Assembly: GCF_036321535.1 (NCBI RefSeq) | Contig: NC_087437.1 | Location: 5,084,001 to 5,148,000 of the forward strand | DNA length: 64,000 nt | Direction of reading: 5' to 3' | Origin: Camelus dromedarius | Taxonomy: Eukaryota | Shown here: positions 1 through 12,321 of the stretch, in pieces | Position numbering within the stretch: the first letter of the stretch is position 1 | How the letters are laid out: each line of letters opens with the position of its first letter | Translations under genes and position numbers: made by a program | Notes under the pieces: model-generated | What the model saw: only the letters and a program-made list of their open reading frames with translations | What the model was told of the DNA's origin: nothing | Databases searched by the model: none

Positions 1-1317
1 TGATAAGTGTGACTGCTGTCCCTTGCTGGGATCTGATCTTACAAATGCCCCTCAAAATAAGTAAGTGTATCTTGGTGTTTATGAGTAATTTAAGGGATTT
101 TAAAAGGGAACATTTATACAAGTAGCAGTTTCACCTTATCTTTAGAACCTCACTGGCCGTGGAAGAGTTGTCACGTGGAGGCCTGTGAAATTTTTTGGCA
201 CAAAAGAGGAAGTCTCAGTGGAAACCGCTGGTGGAGCCCAGGAAACCCTGAGACCCCCAGTGGCTCCCAGAGATTGGGGCGGAACCCAGGCCTCTCACTC
301 AAGGCCAGTCAATGCCCTTTCCTCCCACAACTGTGAAGTCAGGAGGCCTTTTGTGCTGGAGGACAGCCTGTACCCAGGCCTGGGAGCATCCGTGAGCTCC
401 TACACTGGGCATAGATCCCGGACACCCTCCCAACGCAGGCAGTCTGCCCCAGGCATCTCGGTTTCTCAGGGTCCCCTGGGGGCATCGGGCACAGCAGCCC
501 AGCCTGCTGACTGTCCCCTTTCTGTTTCTGGTGTAGCCCTAATGCTGGAGTCAGGACTTGGGCTGGAAGAGATTTTCAGGCCCGTTTTGAGCCTCAGGCA
601 GGGAGGTCAGAGGCGTGTGGGAACCGTCTCAGAGGCCGAGCCGCCTTCAGAAGGCCAGCAGGCACTGACTCCCTTTCCTCCCTTCCTTCCTCAGAAACAT
701 CCGGCCGGATGCAGCCCGTGTCCCAGCAGCCCTGCACCCTCTACCCTCTGACCCAGCTTTCGAGCTGCCTTTTCCTCCTGAGCGTGGTCATGCATCCTGA
801 AACCTCTGGCCTCTGTTCCTTGAAAGCCAGAGGCCACCCTTGGGGGCTGAGGGTAGGGGGTGAGTCCCTTGCTGCTGAGCACAGGGGGCTGGGGGCAGCT
901 GACAGCGGCTGGCAGGCCCGGGAGCGTGAGCAGGAGGCCTGTGTGCTCCCCGCGTTCACCTTCACCACTCACGCTCTAAACTGAGCCCCCTTCTCAGGGC
1001 TCCTTGGAGCCACCTTCCTGCCCTCTAGGGGGTGAAGAGACTTCCTCAGTGGGGGCTACTTCAACACCGAGGTTCTAGAACAGCACACTCTCCAAGCCCC
1101 CGAGGAGGCTGCAGAAATGAGGATGATTGGGTCTCCAGAAGCTTCCTGACCCTGTTAAAGAATAACACATCGAAGCTGGTGGAAGCTTCCTCTGGCTCCC
1201 ATGGCTGGGGGCCAGAGCCCTGCCTGCAGAGTTTAGGTGAACTCACCAGCCTCCTGAGTGTGTGGACACCGGAACAGACAGTGCGATCCACTTTGGAGGC
1301 CATTAAAAACGGGCTGA

Positions 1318-1457
1318 AGGGGGAGGGTGTAGCTCCGTGGTAGAGCATGTGCTTAGCATGAACGAAAAATAAATAAATAAAGATAAACCTAATTATCTAT
1401 CCCCCCCACATTTTTTTAAAACATAAAATTGTTTTTTTAAAAAGAGTTTAAAAAAAA
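1318..1457 (+). mobile_element. tRNA-derived SINE (vic-1-like), B-box half missing
   Basis: Head GGGGAGGGTGTAGCTCCGTGGTAGAGCATGTGCTTAGCATG, A-rich linker, ACCTAATTATCTATCCCC motif; TSD TAAAAACGGGCTGA (1304-1317) / TAAAAATAGGCTGA (1458-1471). Confidence 0.85.
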
Positions 1458-2297
1458 TAAAAATAGGCTGACTTCTCTTCATTTGGTGATGGTCTGGAAC
1501 AACAGCCCGTGGAAGAAAAGCTCTCCGAGAACGTGAGGACACACAACTCCTTATTTACAAGCCCCGGATTCTGAGCTGTGTTAGGTTCGGTACAAACCCC
1601 CACGTTCTTTGATTGTCTGCACAATACGAAGCACCTAGGGAAGATGTCCGACACCACCAGGACCCTGGAGCTCCAGTGTGGAACTCCTGTCTGGCAGGGA
1701 GTCTTGGAGAAAGAGACTTTGGATGGAAGGTGATGTCCTGCACACGGAGGTTCGAAGCCCACCTCTGAGGGACTCCTCGCCCCAGGAAGTCCCCTAGTAA
1801 GTACCCTCCCCCTCCCTCCTCTGTAACCTCTGCACCCTCCCCCCAGGCGCCATCCTCCCTTCCTCACCTCCTTCCTAATCCAGTTCCAAGACCTCCTGAA
1901 GACTCTCTTGATGGGTCCTTAATCCCCCAGTGCCGCTTTAACTGGGAAACGTGGAGGCGGGAGCGGGGGTGAGAGAGGCAGTCTGGGGAACCTTGCCCCT
2001 GAGAGGCCCCCTTCACTTCTCTCTTCCTTCCCTGTCATCCTGAGTCCTGTCCTCTCTACTCAGCCGTGTTTTCTGACCCAAAGCAAGGACAAGGGGTCTG
2101 ACAAGTGTAGTTACGGGAGAAGGGGGACGCGGCGTACTTGGTGTACTTGAGACTGGAACTGGACTCCGAGTCACGGATCCTGTGCTAAGCCTTAACTGGA
2201 AAATCAGGGACACACTCATTCACTTCTCGAGAACTGGTCAGCGTGGCAAGGATTCCACCTACAAGTGAGTTCACAGGTGGGTGGCGCCAGGTCAGTT

Positions 2298-2700
2298 TGT
2301 TACCAAAGGCAAGTTCGTGTGCCCACCCTACAATGAGGCCAAACTGAAGCATCGAAGTTTGGAGCAAAGAAGCATTTATTGCAGGAGGATGGGGTGGCTA
2401 ATGCCCAAGAAAAACCCTAAACTCCTTGAAGGATTTTAGCAAAGCATATTTAAAGGCCAGGTGAGGGAGGGAGGTTGCAGGTAAGTGATCAGCTCGTGCA
2501 CAATCCTCTGATTGGTTGATGATGAGGGAACAGAACGGTCAACACTATCAACCCCTAGGCGCCAGAAGGTCTGGGGGCCACGAGTTCTCAATTATCAAGT
2601 AGTTAATTTCTTCCCTTTGATGGTAATTTTAAGCATCGGATAAACTCAGGAAATATACATGAGATACTATTATCTGGGTCCTTCGGAGAGGAGCTGAAGG
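2298..2700 (-). mobile_element. ERV1-class solo LTR, partial
   Basis: Begins TGTTACC on + (LTR 3' end ...GGTAACA on -), AATAAA on minus strand near 2375-2380; resembles cetartiodactyl ERV1 LTRs from recall. Confidence 0.7.
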
Positions 2701-2827
2701 TTGTAATTTCCCAGCGTGCCATGGCTTAGGGACATCACATAGTGTGAGAGTTATTTTACGATGCTCAGCAGGGCTTGGTACACTGCCTTTGACAGCACCC
2801 TCACCACCCCAAAGATACTAAAAGGTA

Positions 2828-3015
2828 CAGTCAACCCTTGAACCAAGTGGGGGCTAACTAGTGTATAATTATAGTCTTCCCCCTATATCCACCGTTCCTA
2901 CGCATCTGCGGACTCAACCAACCACGGACTATAGTACTGTAGAATCTACTATTGAAAAATCTCCATTCATAAGTGGACGTGTGTGTTTCAGACCCTGTTG
3001 TTCAAGGGTCAACTG
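2828..3015 (-). mobile_element. Tigger2-family MITE (TcMar-Tigger)
   Basis: TIRs CAGTCAACCCTTGAAC / GTTCAAGGGTCAACTG with TA duplication at 2826-2827 and 3016-3017; interior resembles Tigger2a. Confidence 0.9.
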
Positions 3016-3689
3016 TACTTCCGCCGTCTCCACTCTGGGAAGTACATGAACCCAGTACCGCGGACAAGCAGACATCATGTTAATTTCCATATGCGTGTAA
3101 CTTAAACATTTATTGAATTGTATTTATTCTGTCTGAGAGACAGTACCATTTTTTTCCGAGTCCCAGACATTTTTGAAGGCATTCAAAGCCTTTGGACTTC
3201 AGATGCTCTGTCTATAGGATCTAGTGGCTAAAATGCCTCGAACGTTTGTTTAGAGGACCAGACGTAGAAAAATACGCATGTGGCTTTGACATATCATCAG
3301 CAAAGCCAAACATTTTAAAAGTGTTACTTTAAAATGTATGTGTCAATGGTGGTGGGAGGGCAGGTGGTAAGCTGCGGAGGGAAGTTTCCAGTGAGCAGAA
3401 ATTACTTGACTCATCTTCACTGTCCTCGAGTGTGAATGGAAAGTACATTAATTAGAGGGGAACAAAGTGTTCTTGTTTTGCCGTTATTTGGGGAACAGTT
3501 TTTGTTCTGTTTTTAGGGAATGTCACTATTCATCAATGCAGATGGCTTCTAAGACTTGGGTCAAGTTGCCAGAGACATCACGGGTCCCTCCCCACAAAGT
3601 CTTCTGCCATGAAGGCTTTCAGGGCTCTTGCCCTGATGGTGTGAGGTGCTTTTGACGTGTGAGGAAGGAAGGGGGATGCTCAGCCGAAC

Positions 3690-4150
3690 AAACCGTGGGC
3701 ACTGATTGTGTGTCAGACTGTGTGCCGGGCTCTGGGGACCCCAGTGGTGCGTAGACAGATAAGGTTCCTGCCCGTGTGGGGTTTCCACTCAAGTGAGGAA
3801 TAAATAACAGAAACACATAAGTGAATAAGGTAATTTCAGATGCTGTAAGTGTTATGAAGAGAGGAATCTGGTGATTTGACAGAGAAAGATGAGGGAGAAG
3901 GGTGTGAGGCTACTTTAGATGGCGTGGTCCAGAAAGACGTCTTTGAAGATGCATCGTAACCAGGGCTTTAAAGCTCTAAACAAATCAGCTGCGAGAAGAT
4001 CTGGGGGTGGAATCTTATTGGCGTTGGGATGAGTTGGTGCAGACACCCTTGCGTGAGAGCTCTGGTAGGTTTGGTCAGCGGGGCAGGAGCATGGTGGATA
4101 GAGGTGTGTGCCTGGGGGTGAGGTCAGACTCCAAGGAAATTGGACTGTGT
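3690..4150 (-). mobile_element. L2 LINE 3' fragment
   Basis: Degenerate reverse-complement L2 3' end (CACTGATTGTGTGTCAGACTGTGTGCCGGGCTCTGGGGAC...GTAATTTCAGATGCTGTAAGTGTTATGAAG). Confidence 0.65.
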
Positions 4151-5022
4151 CCACTATTTCAGCCAACAGTTGCTCTGGGGTCCTGAACACCTTGTTCCCC
4201 AGAACAGGACACCTTTTTTCTTCTATTCCTTTGATTCCGCCCTCCCTACTCAGCTGTGCTTTGCCCTTGCTTCTGACATTTTGATCTGAGGGCTCAGAAT
4301 TTGATGCTTTTGTTTTCTGTAGACTCAGAGAAGTTCACATGGATATGATTTTATTCTTCAGATGCTAATTCTTCACATGATGAAATGAGAAACCTTTGTT
4401 CTCTTTCCCCTCCTCCTTACTTTCTTCTCTTTCCTTTACTCACACTATTCCCTCCCCCCCCTTTTTTTGAGAAGAAACAACACAAATGTCCAACCTGTTA
4501 TTGAGCTTCAGATATTTGGTCTTTCTCCAAAGTCAATATTTTGGAAGAAGTTTGAACTAAGTCATTCATGCCATCTTGGGTTTCAAGCGTGAAAAAACCC
4601 CCACAGTGTTCCATTTAAAAAGAAATAAAAAGTCTGAAAAATATGTCCTGAAAAGCCATCAAAAGTCTTAGGCTGTAAACTCGAAACTTGGCTGGATGAG
4701 ATGATCACCAAAGAAGGAAACTCAAGTCAAGTGCGAATAGAGCAGCCAAAGCTTGTAATGTGTTCAAGTCACGGAGGCCAGAGCTTGTGCAGGGCATCGG
4801 AGGGGCACATCCCGTGTCACAGCTGGCCTGTCCCCGAGCAGGGGCCTCTGGGCCAGGCCGGCATCTCTTCCTGGATAATTGTGATGGTCTCACAACTGGT
4901 CTCCCTTATTTGTGTCTGTATCTCTTTAAACCACAAATCCAATCAGGTCATTTTCCTGTTTCCAAACTTTCAGTGACTCCGCATTGCCCTCAGGATAAAT
5001 CAACTCTTTACAAGACACATTT

Positions 5023-5524
5023 TGAGTGAAAAATGCACAACCTGGAAGTTATATTTTATTCGGCAAGCTTTCTGAGGACTTGAACCGGGCAGGCAGCCTC
5101 TCAGATCGCTCTAAGAGACTGTTCCAAAGAGGCAGGGGAGGAGCCAGGATATATGGGAGTTTTGCCCCTCAAAGACCAGGTAGTCAGAACATCTAAAGAT
5201 TACTGTTAAAATCAGACATCTCAAGTTAAGGAACTTAGCACTTTTCTACGTATGGAAGGTACAAAGGTCTGGGCTCATTGAAATCATTCCTTTGATATGC
5301 ACCTTAGCTATCTAGGGCCAGTGTCCTGTTCTCTCTCATCCTGAGTCCCCTCAGGGGACACCGCTGGGGGTGGCAGCAGAGGCTGGGCTGCCTGCTTGTC
5401 TCCATCCTGAGTCCGCCCTCCCCCTCCCCGTCCCCCACTGTCAGGAGGCGGCGGTAGCGGCTGATGACTTGCTGGCCACAGCATCCTCTGTTTACTGATA
5501 CGGCTGCAGTATTTTTCATTCACA
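5023..5524 (-). mobile_element. MER41-like ERV1 solo LTR
   Basis: AAAAATGCACAACC...TTTTATT...TCTGAGGACT...CAGCCTCTCAGAT...GGGCTCATTGAAATCATTCCTTTGATATGCACCT...TTTCATTCACA matches recalled ungulate MER41 LTR in reverse; internal repeat of CATCCTGAGTCC. Confidence 0.8.
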
Positions 5525-5559
5525 CAGTTCAAGAGGTGCAGCACCATCCAGCTCTGTTT

Positions 5560-5970
5560 CCCTCTCTGGCTACAACTCGGCCACACCCGGACTCACCCTC
5601 TTTTCCCCAGTCATGTTGAACTCCATGGTGTTTCAAGAATGTTCACTGCTCTCCAGCCTGGGTCCTTGGACATGCTGTTCTTTCTACTGGAACCGTGCCC
5701 CACCCCAAGCTCTTATTTGTCCGCCAAGGAGCAGCTCAGATGTCACCTCTTCCAGGAAGGACTGGGGGTACCTCCTCTGGATTCCCGCAGCATTTGGGAG
5801 TGTACCATGCTGTGTACTAATCTTATGTTTACATGTATATATCCCCCATTAAACTGTGAAATCCCTCAGGGCAGTGACCATGCTGTATTTGACTTTTTAG
5901 TCCCTAAAACCCACATAGTACCTGACTTATAATAGATGCTGGATAAATCATTGTGAATAAAAAATAAACA
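5560..5970 (+). mobile_element. L2 LINE 3' end
   Basis: AGCTCAGATGTCACCTCTTCCAGGAAG...CTGTGAAATCCCTCAGGGCAG...ATAGTACCTGAC...TGAATAAA, typical L2 terminus. Confidence 0.7.
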
Positions 5971-7159
5971 AATAGTCCTAAACCCTATTTCCATTTTTGC
6001 ACCCTGGGAAGAACCCAGAGAAATGTGGGGCAGCAGCGCTCGCTTTGAGAGTGAGGGAGTATAGAGTTGAGACTCTGAAATCTGAAGAGACTTGCCTGTG
6101 TCATAATTGTGCCTAGAATTGATCCTTCCCTATAAAATAACTCCCACATCCACAGTGACTCAACGTGGCAGCGTTCTTGTTTTCAGAACTGTTGCCACAG
6201 GGACGCTGAGTCCCAGCGGTTTGGAATTTACTCATGTAATTAACAAAGATAGTTTGAATTCCAGCTATGCCAGGCCTTGTGCGTACTTAAATGTGAGGAC
6301 AGCAGGACTGGTTTTCCTCAAGGAGTTTGTAGTGTCCTGCCGAGTCGGTAATGGGATGTGGTTTTGATTTGATGCTATTGTTGTTGTTAACATTTCTGCA
6401 AGGAAAATATTCTTCTGAGGGAGGGATGCCCCAGTTACGGGGAACTCAGCTGACCAATGTTAATTCAGCTCCAAAAAATGATTTTAATTTTTCTCCTTGA
6501 AGAAAAAAAAATGTATAAAGCTCACCCAAGAGAGTAAATGACACTCCCCACCATGGGCACAAAATATTTTTTTTAACAAATAACACATTAACAAATAAAT
6601 AATAAGCTACAGGGTGCAGACACTTAGAAGCAAGGAAATTCAAGTATGCTTCTGACATACCTGAGTCACAAGGTTGGAGCAGACTTATCCCCCTAGAGGC
6701 ACAATCTGTCCCTTAACTCCTTGAGAATCGTGGTCAGACTTCTACACGTGGGGGATAAAATGTCGTTGGGAGATATTTAGAAAGGAGATGGGAGATGGTG
6801 AAAACCTGGAATGGACTCTGTCTCCTAGGTCAGGCTGCAAGTACCCCTCATCACACTGGAGGCATGGAATTGATGCTGATCTGTAGGTGACATCAATCAA
6901 GGGACCTATGCCTGTGCATCACAGAGGCGTAGGATGGATATTATGGGACAGGATTTGACCTAGTGGCGCTGGGCAGAGAGCAGAGAAACATGTCTAAAAT
7001 TCTTCAGATGTTGTCCACTTAGTCAACTGTCCAAAGCTGAAATATCCACTCGCTTCTGCTTTTCTCCTGAAAGTTTAACTTCTGAGATCTAGAAATGTAT
7101 TTAAGGGAGAACCTAAGGATAGTTGTTGGCTTTTTAATAATATCGGGATTATTACACAA

Positions 7160-7415
7160 TGTAAATGGCTCCAATTCTTCCCCCTCCCTCTGTGTACAAC
7201 CTCTGCCATCTATATTTGCCAGGCATCTTTGTCCTTCCCCGTCCTGGACTTGTGATTTGGCCAATGGAACATGGTGGAAGTGATGCTATGACAGATTTGA
7301 GCTTAGTCTTAAGGGGCGGTACCTGAGTCTCCTTGTGTCTCTTGTACCTCTCCCAGCACCATGAGAAGAGCTTGTCCCGGGTAGTTGCCACCTCCTATCA
7401 GCAAATGTTAGCCAC

Positions 7416-7452
<37 letters not shown>

Positions 7453-7883
7453 TTGTGTATAAAATATATTATATATATATATTTATATTTTATATTTATA
7501 TATATAAAATAAGTTTCTACTGTACAGCACAGGGAACTATATTCAATATCTTATAATAACCTTTAATGAAAAAGAATATGAAAACGAATATATGTATGTA
7601 AATGCATGACTGGGACATTGTGCTCTACACCAGAAATGATACATTGTAACTGACTGTACTACAACTAAAAAAAAATGATGAATACACACAGGTCAGACAT
7701 GAGCCCAAGTCTACGAGGAGCCAAGCCCAGCTGGAACTTTAACTTGAAGCAGAGCCACTCATGTAATGCCAGCCTAGACTAGCAGAACCACAGCCAACCC
7801 TCAGACACAGGAGCAAAAATTAATCATTGTTGTTTAAACCACTACTTGTGCTAATTTGTTACATAGCAATAACTGACTGATAC
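7160..7883 (+). mobile_element. MLT1-family MaLR LTR split by an L1 insertion
   Basis: 5' AATGGCTCCAATTCTTCCCCCTCCC...GGCCAATGGAAC; 3' end TTGTTACATAGCAATAACTGACTGATACA. Confidence 0.7.
7396..7675 (+). mobile_element. L1 3' end containing an expanded (TA)n(TG)n microsatellite
   Basis: CAGCACAGGGAACTATATTCAATATCTT...TGACTGGGACATTGTGC...poly(A). Confidence 0.85.
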
Positions 7884-8344
7884 AAATAGCAGTAAGAGCC
7901 CAACTTGCCTGTAACTTGTCCAAGGTCATTCAGCAAGTGCCCAGTGCAGATGGAATTCAAATCTGGCTCTAAATTCTGTGCTCTTAATCACTTCCTTATG
8001 TGACCTTCAGAAGTGAATCTAGTTAGTCTGGCAAGTTCGTCCCATGCAAAGATTTTCACTCTGGCATACAGAGAAAATGAGAAGATTTTCAGCTTGGGAG
8101 GAAGACAAGATGATAAAATCTACAAGTTTCTTTTTCAGATGGTTTGCAGGGAAGAGAGGAGCTACCATCCTACCAGAAGAATGCATTCATTCAGAGCCCC
8201 TCAGGTCCCACAGAGAGAAGGAGACTTAGGTTAAAAATGGAAAAGTAAAACAAAACAAGATTCAGGCACAAAGAATGGCAAGCCATAGAGAAATAAGGAT
8301 GAATGAAAGAGTGCCCAGCATTCCTGCTCTTGTGCTAGGATTTG

Positions 8345-8500
8345 CCTGTCACAGCGAGATTTGTGAGCCCCTCCATGCCTCTGTTTTCTCATCTGTGAGA
8401 TAGGGATAATGAAAGCAGCTACTTCTCAGGGCTGTTGAGAGGATTAAATGGATGAATACGTATAAAGTGCTTAGGAGAGTGTCTGGTACATAGAAAGGAA
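8345..8500 (+). mobile_element. MIR SINE
   Basis: Core GCCTCTGTTTTCTCATCTGTGAGATAGGGATAATG...GAGGATTAAATG. Confidence 0.8.
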
Positions 8501-8564
8501 TATGTGCAAGTTAGCTCAGTGGTGTCTTCCAATGGGGCACCATGCTTAGCATCTGCCTGGGATT

Positions 8565-9002
8565 TCTTTCTTTTCTTTTTGATTGAAGTATAGTTGATTT
8601 ACAATGCTGTGTTGATTTCTGATGTACAGCATAGTGCTTCATTTATATATGTATATATATTCTTTTTCATTATGGGTTATTACAAGATATTGAATATCGT
8701 TCCCTGTGCTGTACAGTAAGACCTTGTCATTTATTTATTTTATATATTTGCAGTAGTTAGTGTCTGCAAATCCCAAACTCCCAATTTATCCCTCCACACC
8801 CTCTTTCCCTGCTGGTAACCACAAAGTTTGTTTTCTATACCTGTGAGTCTGTCTCTGTTTCGTAAATAAGTTCATTTGTGTCTTTTTAAAGTTTTGTTTT
8901 AGATTCCACATGTAAGTGATCTCATATGGTATTTGTCTTTTTCTTTCTGGCTTACTTCACTCAGAAGGATGATCTCCAGGTCCACCCATGTTGCTGCAAA
9001 TG
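8565..9002 (-). mobile_element. L1 3' end
   Basis: T-rich tail then ATTGAAGTATAGTTGATTTACAATG...AGATTCCACATGTAAGTGAT...CATGTTGCTGCAAATG. Confidence 0.9.
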
Positions 9003-9044
9003 TCTGCCTGGTATTTCTGACTCCAGCACTGGGATGGTTCTGAA

Positions 9045-9675
9045 TGGTGTTAAATCATCTACCAGAACCACATTTCCCAGGATTCCTTTCCCTGTGCCTT
9101 CTGGGCTGGGGTTGCCAGATGAAGAATTTGGGTGAGATTTGGGAGGTGGGCGGGAAGCGGCAGCCATCACACTCTGAGGGTCCGCGTAGGGCACCAGGAG
9201 CTGCTGCAGCCGGTCAGTGACCTGAATGCCCACCTGGCTGGTGCAGGGCAGCCACGGGGCCTGCCTCTCCTCCACTCCCTCTGGACCTCCCGCTACAGCT
9301 GCTCTAAGTCCTGGCCAGGTGTGCACGCAGCTCCATGACGAAGGGTCCCTGAGTCCATGTGGGTGAAGTTGTGATGGTGGGAGACAGATGCAGGTTGCAG
9401 GTGCTCCCCATGGATTCTGGACTGTCCCTGGGGCTTGCAGTTCATTTCCATGGTTACAGTTATCCTTGCTCTTGCTACCCCGACTTCACATTCAGCTTTC
9501 CTACCAAACCTGCAGTGATCGCAGGATGGATCCCCACCAAATGCAGAGGTCACAGCCCTGCACCGGCATCTTCCCCAGCTCCCACCATTACCCAAGGTTT
9601 AATCCCTGTAGCAAATCAATGTTTTTCCATATTACTCATCACATCTGCTTCCCTAATCACACTTTGACTGGTACC
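9045..9675 (+). mobile_element. ERVL-class LTR (LTR33/LTR41-like)
   Basis: CACATTTCCCAGGATTCCTTTCCCTGT...GAGATTTGGGAGG; 3' CTGCTTCCCTAATCACACTTTGACTGGTAC; family from recall. Confidence 0.5.
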
Positions 9676-11125
9676 CTGCCCCTGCCCCCACAACCCATTA
9701 ACTTATAAGTTGGGAGATAAGACACTGGCATCATTGAAAAGTCATAGTTCTTAAAAAATTTTTTTGCATTACCATAGCTCTTAAGCATTTTGGCTCTCAA
9801 CTCTACTCTCCTCACCCACCACCTCCCCAGAACTTCTCTGAGCAACAGTGAATGAATATTGGCTGCTGAAATCCTCACAGAACAAATATCCAACTCCTGG
9901 CTTGACAGCACTGAGGGGTGGAGTTAACCACAGATTTGTCATCGTGTATTTCGAAATCACAGCAGTAGGATTTCCCTAAAAATAGAAGGGGGGGGGAAGA
10001 ATTCTATCCACCTCAACATTGCTATTTTCACAATTTCCCAGAACGAGTTGTACAGAATAAGACAAATGCTCTGGAGATGGGTCCAAATGAAATACACAAT
10101 TCATAACAAGAGGGTGTTGTTACTCAGAAAAAAAGGCATCGCAGCGTGCTTTGGGCTGGACTGCAGCCGTGAAAACAAGCTCAGTGTTCATGTCGGATAA
10201 ACAATCGTAGTCACAGCTCTGGACGTTTAGGAAGTGACTCATGGTGAGGAATGGGCCTGGGTGAAGGCAGTCGTTGACCTCAGCCCTTTGGTGGTGGACA
10301 CGCACATTCTTTTCTCCAGTGACCGCCGTGGGGAGATGCTGCAGCAGCCACGTGCACCAGCATCCCTGCTTCTGCTGTGAATGCTGCTCACCTCTCCTGC
10401 CCACGATGCCTGTGTTCTCTGTCCCCAACCTCCCACTGTCCTTAGGAGCGGCCATTCTCTAAAACCAATGTATGTCTTGCTCAGTGCAGAGAAAATACTT
10501 CCAGAAGCTTCTCCTGGCAAGAAGGGCCCACTGTTAGGGACTTTGGGTCTGAGATGCACTGGCCGAGTCCAGGGCACAAAGACCAGAGGAGGGTCCAGTT
10601 CCAAACCCAGTAAACCAGCAAAGGGAGAAAGCGACTGAGAGGGAGTGCATGGACTCTGGCTGGGAACGGACACAAGGCCAAAGTCAGTGGGGATGGCTGG
10701 GGTCAGGACCACAGCAAGACCAGGGATGGAAGTGCGAAGAGTTTGGGGAGCAGAGGTGGAGTGGCTCCTGATTCTGAAGCTTGGGCCAGAGCTGGGGTGG
10801 GTTGGGAGTCATCAGCAGTGGGGCTCTGCAGATTGTCCTTTCGTTCTCCATCTGGGTGTGTTTCACGACCAGGACCAGGAGTTCCTACTGCCACAGCCAT
10901 CGAAAGGTGCCCACACAGGAAGCAGCGTGGTTCACCAGAGGTATGTCATCCAGAGAAACATATGTCCTTCATTCGGCACCAGGACATGGGAACAACGGTG
11001 TTCACAAGGGCGTTACCCACCAGGGCTCCCAACTTGGAACTCAGCAAACTGCCTCAGCTACAGAATGGATCAGAAAGGGTGGTATGGTTACAAGCCAATC
11101 GTGGTTGATTTATGCAGTGGAATCC

Positions 11126-11531
11126 TGTGTTGGTTTCCTGGGGCCACCAGAACAAATGACCATCAACTGGGTGGCTTACGATCACAGAAATTTATTCTTC
11201 ATAATTCAGGAGCCTGGATGTCCGCAATCAAGATGGTGGCTCGGAGGGGGGTTTTGCCCGGTGTGTCTCCCACAGCTTCCGGCGGTTGCCTGCAGTCTTT
11301 GGTTTCCTTGGCTTGTAGCTGCTTTCCTCCGGTCCCCACCTCTGTCTTCCCGTGGCCGCCTCCTCTCTGTTTCTTCCTATAAGGACACAGTCGTAGGAAG
11401 GAGGTTCGGCCTTGATCTAGTATGACCTCATTTTAAAGGGTTACATCCAAAGACCCTGGTCTAAGTAAGGCCACATCCTGAGGTTCTGGGTGCACTTGGA
11501 TTTGGAGGGAGACACTGTTCAACTCAGTGCA
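11126..11531 (-). mobile_element. MLT1 (B/C-like) MaLR LTR
   Basis: CTGGGTGGCTTA...AGAAATTTATTCT...TATAAGGACAC...TATGACCTCATTTTAA...TAAGGCCACATCCTGAGGTTCTGGG. Confidence 0.8.
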
Positions 11532-11805
11532 GATACTGCACAACAGTGAAAATGACCGAACCGCAGCAACATGCAACAACGTGGACGAAACTCTCAAACC
11601 CAACGTTTAATGAAAGAACCTGGGTATGAAAGCGTATGCACTGGGACATTACCTTATGAAGTTCAAGGTTCGGAAAAACTAAACTGTAGTGTTCAGCGTA
11701 TTTTGGTGATGATAGCATAATGAAAAGCAAGTAAATGATTCCCATAAAAGTCAAGATAGCGGTTAGCTTTAGGGAGGAGACAGGGAAAGGGGCATGAGAG
11801 AGGGG
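11532..11805 (+). mobile_element. Ancient L1M (L1ME-like) 3' fragment
   Basis: CAACATGCAACAACGTGGACGAAACTCTCAAAC...TATGAAGTTCAAG...AAACTAAACTGTAGTGTT. Confidence 0.6.
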
Positions 11806-11862
11806 TTCTTTCTTTTTTGCTGTTGTTAATAGTCTCAGAAATATAGTCCTTTTTTTAAAGCC

Positions 11863-12119
11863 TTTTTTTAAAACTTTTTTTTATTGAGTTATAGTCATTT
11901 TACAATGTTGTATCAAATTCCAGTGTAGAGCACAATTTTTCAGTTATACATGAACATACATATATTCATTGTCACACTTTTTTTTCGCTGTGAGCTACCA
12001 CGAGATCTTGTGTATGTTTCCCTGTGCTATACAGTATGATCTTGTTCATCTATTCTGCATGTGCCTGTCAGTATCTACAAATTTTGAACTCCTGGTCTGT
12101 CCCTTCATACCCCACTCCC
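11863..12119 (-). mobile_element. Young L1 3' end, same subfamily as the 24.7-27.2 kb copy
   Basis: TTATTGAGTTATAGTCATTTTACAATGTTG is the exact reverse complement of the 3' end near 27190-27220. Confidence 0.9.
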
Positions 12120-12127
12120 AAAGTCTT

Positions 12128-12236
12128 ATTTTTTTATCCAAGAGTGGTCAACTTACAGTGTTAGTTTCAGGTGTACAGCAAAGTGATTCAGTTATACAGA
12201 TATATACATATATTTTTTTCAGTTTCTTTTCCATTA
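12128..12236 (-). mobile_element. Short L1 3' terminus
   Basis: GTTAGTTTCAGGTGTACAGCAAAGTGATTCAGTTATACA. Confidence 0.75.
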
Positions 12237-12321
12237 AAAATTTAGTATTTTTTTGATAATTTGAAAACAACTTAAATAGCAGGACATCACTATTTCTTTT
12301 TTTTTTTTTTTTTATTGAAGT

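Noticed and set aside
185..751. 188-aa ORF
   Set aside because: GTG start, no recognisable domain, composition typical of a chance GC-rich frame
2281..2297. TGGCGCC next to the LTR end as a tRNA-Lys primer-binding site
   Set aside because: About 8 nt away from the LTR terminus, does not continue as CGAACAGGGAC, and no gag-like sequence follows
10645..11425. Overlapping 245-aa and 214-aa ORFs
   Set aside because: They run into an antisense MLT1 LTR and resemble no known protein
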